Of a stretch of DNA of 64,000 nucleotides, positions 49,711 to 60,479 are shown piece after piece. The number at the start of each line of letters is the position of its first letter. Positions within the stretch are counted from its first letter, which is position 1. The stretch spans positions 16,189,653 through 16,253,652 of the forward strand of contig NC_134028.1 in NCBI RefSeq assembly GCF_964204645.1. Reading direction: 5' to 3'. A program made the position numbers and the translations under genes. Source of the stretch: Tubulanus polymorphus (taxonomy: Eukaryota > Animalia > Nemertea). Under the pieces are notes generated by a model that worked only from the letters and a program-made list of their open reading frames with translations, did no database searches and had not been told where the DNA came from.

Positions 49711-51122
49711 ATAGATGAAGAAGGTGGAGAAGATATTGGAATGGATCCTTTAGATGAACCTGGTATAACTGATGAACAACAACCTGATTTTAGTGAAACA
49801 AGTTTTAATGACGGTAATGAGCCAGGATATAATAATAATTTAAATATGCCTGATTATATTAAAAATGCAGAATCACAATTAAATCCTGAAAATTTAGACC
49901 CAGATTTAGTAAAACAAGATTTAGATAACTTAAACAAAATACCTAAATTAGAAGATTTAATTGAAAAATCTAAACTAAACATAAATGATGAAGACGTTGG
50001 ACTTTTAGCAGATCAATTAAAATTTTTAGATAATGGTAAATGTTATTATCGTTTGAAAGATGATTATTATATTGATATCTCTTATAAAAAAGAAGAAAAA
50101 ATAATAGGAAAATCAACTTTAAAAAAATTAAAACCAGAAAAAGAAATAGATGTTAATATAGACGTATTTAAACAAAGAATTAATGAATTATTTGAAATAA
50201 TCAAAAAGAAATCAGAAACAGAAACAAGTTCTGAACAGAATATAACTTCCAAAACTAGTAAACTTAAATCAAATAAAGTTTCAATTGAAAAACTTTTACC
50301 GAATGGATTAATTGATGCAACAGATCAACAATTAGAAGATTTAAATAATATATTTTCTGTTGAAGCAATTAGAGAAATTAAAAGTATAAGGCTTGCATCT
50401 GATAAAATTGCGCATGATAAAAGTATAAGAGATTTTAAAATTAGAACTTTAGAAAAAGAATTAACTGATAAAAATAAAGAAATAGAACAATTAAAATTAG
50501 ATAGAGATAATAAAGTTATTGAAGAAATTGAATTTAAAAAAAGAAAAGCATATTTAGAAAAAGAAATTGATGATTTAGAATATAACATAGAATTACAAAA
50601 AAAGAAGAAATTAAATCATTATTAAAATCATATGATTATAATATTAATAGATTAAAAGTTATTTTTAAAGATTTATTGATAAAACCAAATTCTGAAATAT
50701 CATTGAAAGATAGAATAAAGTTATTATTTAAATTAGAAGGAATAACAATTCTTTCAATTCTAACAGCTGTAACTATGTTATTTACAACAATTGGTTTAGC
50801 AATATCAAATGCTTTAAAATCTACTCCTACTCCAAATAAACCGGATAAACCCCCAGGTAATAATTCTATACAAGATAAAGTTAAAGATGGTTTAAAGAAA
50901 TTAGCAAAATATTTATGGGAACTATCAAAAAAATCTGCTGCAGCTTTACCAGGAATTATTGCACCAATTGTTGGTGTTATATTGAAATCTGCTGGGAATA
51001 TTCTTAACTTTGCTGCTGAACATATTATTTTATTTTTAAGTACAGTTGTAAGTGCTATTATTTTTGGGTTAGTGAATATGATATCAAAAAGATATCAAGA
51101 AAAAATAATAAAGAATAAATAA
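49711..51122 (+). pseudogene. Polinton acidic/coiled-coil membrane protein, start mutated to ATA, frameshift near 50610
   Basis: ORFs 49741..50625 and 50676..51122; SLKDRIKLLFKLEGITILSILTAV..., AAALPGIIAPIVG TM segments; cassette-predicted start at 49711 is in frame. Confidence 0.65.
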
Positions 51123-51142
51123 TTAATTTTTTTGTTAAATAA

Positions 51143-52386
51143 ATGAGTGGGAGTTATATAAGTCCTTCTAAGATTTCTAGAATATCTAATGCAATTAAAG
51201 CAGAAAGATCACATCATATAATTACTCATAATCCTTCAAATATTAATCCCGACGAAATTTTATATGTTAGAATTCCTAGATTAACACAAAATACTTTTTA
51301 TGTTCCAAATAGTATTTATTTATCAGCTGATATAAAAGTAATTGGTCATGATAAAATATGTTGTTGATAATGTTGGGAGATATTTGATTAAAAAATTAAC
51401 TATAAAGATTGGTCGAGAAACAGTTTTCTCATTAGATGATTATAATTTATTTATGCATTATAAAGATTTATGGTTAACTAAAGAAAATAGAAATAATATG
51501 ATATTTCAGGGTATCCAAGTGGAAAACCATAATAAATTAAGATCAGGAGCTAATGACGCAATAGTAACTCGTGCCGCAGATAATTTGATTAAAAAGATTT
51601 ATGGAAGCAATTATGAAATTCCATTAGACTTTGAATTGATAAATAATAATGCACCTTTATATAAATATGTAATTCAAGAAGATATTATATTTGAGATAAC
51701 ATTTGCTCCTGTAAATGAAATTGTATTATCTAGCGTTGTTAAAGATATGGGTTATAAATTATCAAATATATGTTTAGAATATGTCACAGTAACTAATGAA
51801 AATATTGCTAGCACAATTCAAACCCAATACAATCAAGGATTTTCATTATTATATGATTATATTGATAAATTTAAAACTAACTATTAATGCAAATGATGAA
51901 ATAATTAATGAGAACATTAACTTCCCAAGAACATCTATTAAAGGTATATTAATATTTTTTACCATTGCAACATATTCTAATGGCGCAATAAAGGTTGATA
52001 ATTATTATAATCCTGAAATAACAAAAGTAGAAATAACTATCGAAGGAATAGCAAATAAAATATTTTGTCAAGGAATGAGAATGATAGATCAATGGCCAGA
52101 AATTAGAAAACATTTTATGAATGAAAAAGTATAATCATTTGAAAATTGTAATATTAATAAAATTGATTATTATACCGGCAATAAATATGTATTATGGTTA
52201 GATTTTAGAACAACAGAGGATAATTCATTACATGGTTCTGGGAAAAAACTACAGAACACTAAAGATGGAATACAATTATTCATGACAAAGAAAAGAGGAG
52301 ACAAAAATTTCAAAATGCACATTTATATTATATCGGATGCACAATTAAATATTGTAAATTCACAATTAGATAGTATTCAATATTAG
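51143..52386 (+). pseudogene. Major capsid protein (double jelly-roll, putative), two frameshifts and one stop
   Basis: ITHNPSNINPDEILYVRIPRL, VVDNVGRYLIKK, YEIPLDFE, YKLSNICLEY, NINFPRTSIKGILIFF, YYNPEITKVEITIEG, LWLDFRT...LHGSG; ~410 aa when joined. Confidence 0.8.
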
Positions 52387-52416
52387 AAATATAAAGTTAA
52401 AATTAAGGATATATAA

Positions 52417-53542
52417 ATGGGTGGTAAAAAAAACTAATACTAAAGAACAATATTTAAGAAATTTATATTACAACCCTGAGAGTTCGGTTGCTTATTCTTC
52501 TACTAAAAATATATGGTGTCAAGTAAAACAAGATAAATTAGATAAGATAATCCCACAAAATTTAGTTAAATATAAAGATATAAATGAATTTATGTTAGAA
52601 CAACCAACATACACAACACATAAAAAAATTGTTAGAAAATATAAAACTCGTAAAACTATGGCAAGTTATGTAGATCAACAGTGGCAAGGAGATTTAATTG
52701 ATATGAAAAATGTTAAGAAAGATAATGATGATTATTGGTGGTTATTGAATATAATTGATATTTTTAGTCGTTATGTATGGAGCTTCCCACTTTATAGAAA
52801 AGATGCTGTACAAACATCAAATGTTTTAAGAAAATTTCTTTCGGATGATAAACTAAAACCAGAAAAAATACAATTTGATGATGGAAAAGAGTTTGATAAT
52901 TCACTTGTTCATGAACTCTTAGATAATCATAATATTAAATATTTTTCAACAAAATCGGATAAAAAAGCAGCAGTTGTTGAACGATTTAATAGAACATTAA
53001 AAACAAGAATGTGGAAATATTTTACAGCAAATAATACTTTTAAATGGATTGATGTTTTACCAAAATTGATAGAAGGATATAATAATTCTTATCATTCTTC
53101 TATTGGAATGAAACCTATTGATGCTAGAAAATCTGAAAATGCTGAAATTGTTTGGAATAATTTATATGGAGCATTTCTTGTAGATGATTTTGGTGAACCT
53201 AAATTTAAAGTTGGTCAAAATGTTAGAATTTCTAAGTATAAAAAGATATTTGAGAAAGGATACGATCGAAATTTTACTAGGGAAATATATAAAATAAAAA
53301 AGGTAATAACAACAAAACCATATGTCTATAAATTAGAAGATTTAGATGGTGAAGAAGTTGATGGCTACTTTTACGAAGAAGAATTAAGTTTAACTACTGA
53401 AAATCTAGGACAAGAATATAAAATTGAAAAAATATTAAAAACAAAAACTATTAAAAGAAAAAAATATTCTTTAGTAAAATGGGTTGGATGGCCAGATAAA
53501 TTCAATGAATGGATATTATCAAGTAAAATTAAAAATATATAA
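52417..53542 (+). CDS. Retroviral-type (rve) integrase with C-terminal chromodomain
   Basis: WQGDLIDM, IDIFSRY, QFDDGKEF, AVVERFNRTLK (DDE intact); KIEKIL...LVKWVGWPDKFNEWI chromodomain. TAAATG at 52417 is one base out of frame in an A-run; ORF track uses GTG 52421. Confidence 0.95.
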
Positions 53543-54151
53543 ATGAATAAGGAATTATTTATATTTGAGCCTCATAATATGTTAATTTCTGGCGTAAAAA
53601 ATTGTGGAAAAACTTATTTTAAATTAAATTTATTAGAAACTGTTTATGAAAACTATTTTGATATTATAGTATTATTTTGTCCAACATATGAATTTAATCA
53701 AACTTATGATAGAAATATTACTAGAAATAATAAATTTATTATATTAGATCCTAAAACAGTAAAAGAAAATTTAGATAATTGTATAAAAATAGCAATTGAT
53801 ATTTATAAAGGATCAAATACATTATTCATTATAGAGGATTGTGCAAATTTACATGATTCAAAAGTTAGAGAAAGTGAGTTATGCTATTTAGCTTTTTCTG
53901 GCAGACATTTTGGGATAACAACATGGGTTTTAAATCAAAAATATAATTCAATTGTTAAAGACTTGAGAGAAAACATTAGATTTCTGGTTTTATTCTACAA
54001 TAAAGATAGAAAATCGATGAAAAATGCACTTGAGGAAAATGATATTATTCCACATGATTTACATAATGAATATATGGATAAGTTGAAAAATATTAAAAGA
54101 TCAAAATTACTATTTAGATTACAACACCCATTTAAATATGAATTTATTTAA
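53543..54151 (+). CDS. A32-like (FtsK-HerA) DNA packaging ATPase
   Basis: Walker A ISGVKNCGKT, Walker B-like LFIIEDC, SGRHFGI, NQKY...LREN. Confidence 0.9.
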   Translation: MNKELFIFEPHNMLISGVKNCGKTYFKLNLLETVYENYFDIIVLFCPTYEFNQTYDRNITRNNKFIILDPKTVKENLDNCIKIAIDIYKGSNTLFIIEDCANLHDSKVRESELCYLAFSGRHFGITTWVLNQKYNSIVKDLRENIRFLVLFYNKDRKSMKNALEENDIIPHDLHNEYMDKLKNIKRSKLLFRLQHPFKYEFI

Positions 54152-54152
54152 A

Positions 54153-54521
54153 TTCAACTAGCTTGTTAATCTAGTTGGATTCTAGTTACATTCTAGTTGA
54201 ATTCTAGTTATTGGTAGTTGTAACAAAAATCAACTAGATTTAACAATATTTTAACTAGCTTGTTAATCTAGTTGAATTCTAGTTACATTCTAGTTGAATT
54301 CTAGTTGTTAGTAGTTGGAACAAAAATCAACTAGATTTAACAATATTTTAACTAGCTTGTTAATCTAGTTTAATTCTAGTTACATTCTAGTTGAATTCTA
54401 GTTGTTAGTAGTTGAAACAAAAATCAACTAGCTTTAACAAGGAATAAACAAAAACAACAATATTTCAACTAGCTTGTTAATCTAGTTGAATTCTAGTTAC
54501 ATTCTAGTTGAATTCTAGTTG
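54153..54521. repeat. 97-bp tandem repeat (3 full + 1 partial) built from AACTAG/CTAGTT motifs
   Basis: AACTAGCTTGTTAATCTAGTT at 54156, 54253, 54350, 54467; CTAGTT spaced at 11 bp within each unit. Confidence 0.92.
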
Positions 54522-54552
54522 CAACATCACAACTAATTTTTCTGTTATATAA

Positions 54553-55158
54553 ATGGTAGGTGAAAAGAAAATAAAATCTAAAAATGGTGATGTTCCAATT
54601 GAAAAAACTTTAGATGATTTAGGAATAACAGAAAACAAATTAATTCCAGATGATGGTGTTTTAAATAATGTTACAACAAATAATAATTATGAATATTATC
54701 TTTATTGTAAACATCAATTAGAAATATTAATAGCATCTGGAAAATGTAAAAATTTTGTCGGTAAAAATTTAACTTATAATGAATTAGATACAATGAAATC
54801 AGATGAAATTATTAGATTATTTAAGATTAATGAAGCCGCGAGAACAGCTAGAATTAATGACGCGATATCAGAAAATGTAGTAAAAGGTTATAGTAAATTA
54901 TGTAATTATATACTACCAATTGAAGATGAAAATAGATTATATTCCGATTTAAAAAATGATTATTTAGTTATGACTGAATTAAATAAATGGATTGGATATT
55001 TATCATTTCAATTAGGTGGATTTATGATATTATTATCAACTGGGTTTATAACATTTTCAAATATTGAAAGTAAAAATTTTTCTATAATAAATGAGCGAGG
55101 TGGAAGAAGTGAAGGAATTAACTGTGAAGAAAAAACCGAGATCACAGAAACAAATTGA
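54553..55158 (+). CDS. Polinton hypothetical protein
   Basis: 201-aa ORF starting at the TAAATG cassette; hydrophobic segment near the C-terminus. Confidence 0.7.
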   Translation: MVGEKKIKSKNGDVPIEKTLDDLGITENKLIPDDGVLNNVTTNNNYEYYLYCKHQLEILIASGKCKNFVGKNLTYNELDTMKSDEIIRLFKINEAARTARINDAISENVVKGYSKLCNYILPIEDENRLYSDLKNDYLVMTELNKWIGYLSFQLGGFMILLSTGFITFSNIESKNFSIINERGGRSEGINCEEKTEITETN

Positions 55159-55391
55159 ATGGTCTCGGCAATTAGGAATTAAATCAAAAGAATATAAAAA
55201 AGCTGTAAAAGAAAAGTATTTGATAAATGTCTATATTTTACAGTTGGATTTGTAATTGTATTCATTTTGATTGGGTGTAATTGGTATAAGAAATCAAATA
55301 AAATTCATGATATTAATAATTCTGAAACAACTGCTATCAAAAATGAAAATAATTCTGAAATTCCAAAATTGACAATAAAAAAATGGATTAA
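55091..55391 (+). pseudogene. Polinton small basic/TM protein, frameshifted
   Basis: TAAATG start; MSEVEEVKELTVKKKPRSQKQIEWSRQLG followed by a hydrophobic stretch. Confidence 0.5.
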
Positions 55392-55641
55392 TATTTTAGA
55401 AAAAAGCAAAAAAATAATTTTTTTAATTAATTGAATATTAATTGAATATCTCACTCCTTTTGTCTATCTATGCGGAGCAATTAAATTGTCCAGATAAGTC
55501 ATTTCGGATTCTAGATATTCATTATTTTTATTAATTTATTTTTTTAAATTTAATCAACAATTTCTAAATCATGATGACCGTCTTCATTTTTCCCATGATA
55601 GATTATTTTAAATCCTTCTAAATCTTTTTATTCCTCTGTAC

Positions 55642-55881
55642 TCAATGAAACCCATTTATCAGGTAAAAATACTTTAAATTCTCGCGATGTACTAACATAA
55701 CATTACAGTAGCTTAAATTCGCTGATACTTTCTCTCCATATTTAGTTTTTATCTTTTCTAATTTCAATATTTTATGTTCAATTTCTTTTGTAACATCAAC
55801 TAACTTTTTTATTTCAAATTGTTTTTTTGCTGGTTTTATTCTGTTATTTATTGTTGCTAAGAATGCTTTTCTATCTCCCAT
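55642..55881 (-). CDS. Polinton terminal hypothetical protein starting inside the right TIR (probably truncated)
   Basis: ATG within the TIR mirrors the ATG at 42952; KIKTKYGEKV. Confidence 0.5.
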   Translation of the reverse strand: MGDRKAFLATINNRIKPAKKQFEIKKLVDVTKEIEHKILKLEKIKTKYGEKVSANLSYCNVMLVHRENLKYFYLINGFH

Positions 55882-57264
55882 TTATTAGGAAAAAAAATTA
55901 CTTGTGGTGATGAGTGGTGTCTCGACCGCTCGACCTCTGGTATGAAAGCCTACTTTCCCAATTACTTACATCAGGGGACCAGTCAAAAAATGAAAAAATA
56001 GTTGAGAAAAAAAATTTTCGGTTCTCCATTGTAGGTTTGACACATATGTATTAATGCTGTAGTCATCGAGAATTAATCATATCTCTACAGATTTTGTGCA
56101 TATTTACATGTCAATAAAGATCTTTTCAAATAAGACCATAGCGTTGTGTTTCCATTGCTGAAAAGGAATGGGATCGATTCGATGCAGCATACTTGATTCC
56201 TTATACGATTGGGGCCTACATATGTTAAATTCCCCGACATCAATTTCCAAAGTTCACGTTATCGTATTGGGTTTTAGTTCAACATTTTAGTTGAGTAGTT
56301 TATGCATCTATAGTTTTGACTAGAAGACAACACCGTTGGGCGAATATCTCAAATATATAGAAGGAAAAATATCGAATTGTGGTCGGCCCAGACTGCAGAT
56401 CGATTCCTATGTACTGCCAAGGCTTCTAATGCAATATCTCGAAGCCCCCACATCGCTGCTGCAGACCAGACCTTGATGCAGAGTCCAACATATGAATGAC
56501 CTGTTCAGCCCTACAAATACATTTTTCTGGCATTCTATCATATCATTTAATGATAATTACTGAAGTAAAGTACTCGACGTAAGCCCCAATACGAAATATT
56601 TTGAAGCATGAATTTATTTTTATTGTTTCAATCATAATATTATATGTAATGCATTCACATCGTGATGTTACGTAGCCTAAATGTTTAGAATAGTTATTAC
56701 GATGAGCGCAACATACATAGCATCAAAATTTAAAAATTCAGCCATCCATTAAACATATTGACTCGTTGTTTAGTGGGTGGGGTAACTAAAACACATTTAA
56801 AAAAATAATTTCCAGTGCCGAATCTGTAAGGAGAGGTGAATTGGGGTTTCTACCGACTTCCTGAGCTATGAATAACTAGTTTTAAAATTGAAACGTGATT
56901 TCGACGGTTTATCCGAAGTTTAAAAGCCTTGCGTAAGTTGGATCTTTTGGGACCAAGACAAATCCTTCGACTTCGAAAAATTCCGATTTCCAGCCGTTTC
57001 CAAAAACTATACGACTTCCAATTAATTTCTGTAAACGGAAAAATTTAATCCATATCTACAAGAAATGATTAAAAACACTGAAATATTTCGGGTTCAATTT
57101 TTCCAATATACTCTCACAACTAGAATAACGACTGTTGACATGTATCATCGATTTACAGCCAGAAAAAAAGGGTCGGAACAGAAAAGAGAATAGAGGAGAA
57201 AATTCTGGACCATCAGTATTCATGTGATATAAATGTGATCGTGATATAAGCGAGTATCCGACTA

Positions 57265-58760
57265 CGTAAATTCCTTGTTTCTGAGTTGAAATCGTCGCCC
57301 TTTTATTTCCGCAAATGACTTTTTAGGTATTTTCCGAGTTTCTGAGCTGAAATCATCGCCCTTTTAATTTCGCAAGCGACTTTTAGGTAAATTCCGAGTT
57401 TCTGAGCCGAAATTATCGCCCTTCCAATTTCGCAAGTGATTTTGTAGGTTAATTCCGAGTTTCTGAGCTGAAATGATCGCCCTTTAATTTCGTAAGCGAC
57501 TTTTAGGTAAATTCCGAGTTTCCCTTTTAATTTTGCAAGAGACTTTTTAGGTAAATTCCGAGTTTCTGAGCCGAAATCATCGCCCTTTAATTTCGCAAGC
57601 GATTTTGTAGGTAAATTCCGAGTTTCTGGGCCGAAATCATCGCCCTTTCAATTTCGCAAGCGACTTTTTAGGTAAATTCCGAGTTTCTGGGCCGATATCA
57701 TCGCCCTTTTAATTTCGCAAGCGACTTTTTAGGTAAATTCCGAGTTTCTCGGCCGAAATCATAGCCCTTTTAATTTCGCAAGCGACTTTTTAGGTAAATT
57801 CCTGTTTCTGAGCCGAAATGATCGCCCTTTTATTTTCGCAAGCGACTTTTTAGGTAAATTCTAAGTTTCTGGGCCGAAATGATCGCCCTTTTAATTTCGC
57901 AAGCGACTTTTTAGGTAAATTCCGAGTTTCTGGGTCGAAATCATCGCCCTTTTAATTTCGCAAGCGACTTTTTAGGTAAATTCCGAGTTTCTGGGCCGAT
58001 ATCATCGCCCTGATAAGTGCAAGCGACTTTTTAGGTAAATTCCGAGTTTCTGGGCCGAAATCATCGCCCTTTTAATTTCGTAAGCGACTTTTTAGGTAGA
58101 TTCCTGTTTCTGAGCCGAAATGATCGCCCTTTTAATTTCGCAAGCGACTTTTAGGTAAATTCCGAGTTTTTGAGCCGAAATCATCGCCCTTTAATTTCGC
58201 AAACGATTTTGTAGGTAAATTCCGAGTTTCTGGGCCGAAATCATCGCCCTTTTAATTTCGCAAGCGACTTTTTAGGTAAATTCCGAGTTTCTGGGCCGAT
58301 ATCATCGCCCTTAAAAGTGCAAGCGACTTTTTAGGTAAATTCCGAGTTTCTCGGCCGAAATCATCGCCCTTTTAATTTCGCAAGCGACTTTTTAGGTAAA
58401 TTCCTGTTTCTGAGCCGAAATGATCGCCCTTTTAATTTCGCAAGCGACTTTTTAGGTAAATTCTAAGTTTCTGGGCCGAAATCATCGCCCTTTTAATTTC
58501 GCAAGCGACTTTTTAGGTAAATTCCTGTTTCTGAGCCGAAATGATCGCCCTTTTAATTTCGCAAGCGACTTTTTAGGTAAATTCTAAGTTTCTGGGCCGA
58601 AATCATCGTCCTTTTAATTTCGCAAGCGACTTTTTAGGTAAATTCCGAGTTTCTGGGCCGATATCATCGCCCTTATAAGTGCAAGTGACTTTTTAGGTAA
58701 ATTCCGAGTTTCTGGGCCGAAATCATCGCCCTTTTAATTTCGTAAGCGACTTTTTAGGTA
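57265..58760. repeat. Minisatellite, ~61-bp unit, roughly 24 copies
   Basis: Unit TTTTAGGTAAATTCCGAGTTTCTGGGCCGAAATCATCGCCCTTTTAATTTCGCAAGCGACT in tandem with no spacers. Confidence 0.97.
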
Positions 58761-59170
58761 TATGCTGCCGCAACACACCAGCCCCCCAATAGGGCAAGGC
58801 CCTATGACATCCTTACATAACCGGTCAAATGCTTCGACGACTCCAAACATACAGCATATTGTTCCACAGCTAGATTTTCGTAGTATTTGAAAATGTTTCG
58901 TAGTATTTAGAAATGTTCTTAATGTTGTTTCCGTATGCGTGGGGGTTACGTTAAAGCCGTCAGACAAGAACGCACTAGTAGTAAGAATTACGAAAGTTCT
59001 TGTTTGATGCTTTCATCTACCAACGCAAACCATAAATCAGTCTATAAACAACAATTCTTTCTCGGTTCTTCTGCTGTGAGATCTGGCAAACATTCAGAAA
59101 ATCTTTGTATAAAACTTTTAAATAGTTGGAACCATATTTGGTTGGGTCGGAACAATGGAGTGTATTTATA

Positions 59171-60076
59171 ATGAGGCTCGTGAAGGGATCACGCTGATAC
59201 TTGATGATATTCCCGGCTACTTTCCGTAAAAGGAAAAACCGGAAGTTTAGGAAGATGTGGTTGTTTTGCTTATCCTGTATTAAAATAGAATTAGTTAAAT
59301 TGTAGATAAAATAATTAGTATAAGTATTTCAAATAATTTAAGAATTGATAATCAATCACAATGTATTCCGAATCGTAGTTAATTATAATAATTAAAAAAG
59401 AAACAATGAATTTGTACTGTAATTAGAAAAGAAAACAAAGTTTTGAAAAGATATTTAATTTGAGTAATCTAGATGTTGTTTAAGAACAAATTGTTAGTAA
59501 TCGCTAATGTTTTAGAAAAATTAATTTGTGTTAAATGTTAAAACTAGCTGTCTGAAGTTTCTGTTGTCTGTATGCGCCCGTTGGTAATTCACAGACAATA
59601 GCTGCTCTCTCAACAACAACTAGCAAGGAGTGAGTAAATCACAACGCGTCATGATAGGAGGGTTGGAAGAAAAAGTTTATATCAGCAAATCAGTTTCTAA
59701 AAAACCTTTAGATCAGCAAATCAGTAGGGCTAAATTTTCCGTAACTAAAAACGGTCATGACAGTTGGGTAGCTGCTCCTTGTCAAAAAGCGGAATACCCT
59801 GCGTGGGAGAATCGGAATTCTGAGAATGCCGGTTCTTTCTACAAAAGGGGGCCGCTATCGAGAGAGAGGAGAGAATCTGTACCTTAGTAAGACGAGTGTC
59901 GACAGCAGGACAGGAGAAGCTTCGGAACGATAGGGATTCATATACAATAGGGATTAGGAAAATCATTCTTTGTTCAAGGTAAATAAAATATATTATCTTC
60001 AAGATTATCATCCGGTATTTCAATTTATTCATTCGGATTTGTGCACGGACACGTTCTCTCGCCAGGGCCTTACTCA
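59171..60076. repeat. Candidate solo LTR inserted in the BEL 3' region
   Basis: Loose inverted ends TGAGGCTC / GGGCCTTAC(T)CA and LTR-like composition; no clean TSD. Confidence 0.25.
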
Positions 60077-60479
60077 AGTATTTTATAGATAACGATTAAA
60101 GAGAGGATTGTGACCGGTGTATCAATATAATGACTTATTTCACTAAACACAACCATATAAATGCAACTCAAACACTAAAAAACCTCCTTAAAGGGGGTAG
60201 AAACCTTGCATAGATTATACTAAACTAGATCATTACATAACTACTAAAATACAATATAGACTACATGTATAAAATTTAAAAAACAGTGCACTTGTTTTAA
60301 TAGGTAGAGAAAACCGATTGTCCTTAAACGCGAGTTATTGCAGCAAAATAGTTAAAATAACAGATTAAATGCCAGGTACAAGGAGCACGCAAAGTCTTAC
60401 GGCTAGTCTGCTTCTACTAATCCGCATAGCTTGGCTACCAGTCTACGGAATTCACTAAGAGCTTTTTCACGGATGCAGC

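Larger units (their letters stand above)
42867..55966 (+). mobile_element. Polinton/Maverick (endogenous adintovirus-like element), 13.1 kb, internally deleted
   Basis: Identical 90-bp TIRs (42867-42956, 55877-55966) starting AGTAATTGGG; 6-bp TSD TACATC (42861-42866, 55967-55972); polB remnants, capsid genes, integrase, packaging ATPase. Confidence 0.97.

Noticed and set aside
42867-55966. Bacterial prophage or contaminant contig
   Set aside because: TIRs, 6-bp TSD, rve integrase with chromodomain and pPolB remnants identify an integrated eukaryotic Polinton.
57265-58760. CRISPR-like array
   Set aside because: Head-to-tail 61-bp units without variable spacers; eukaryotic context.
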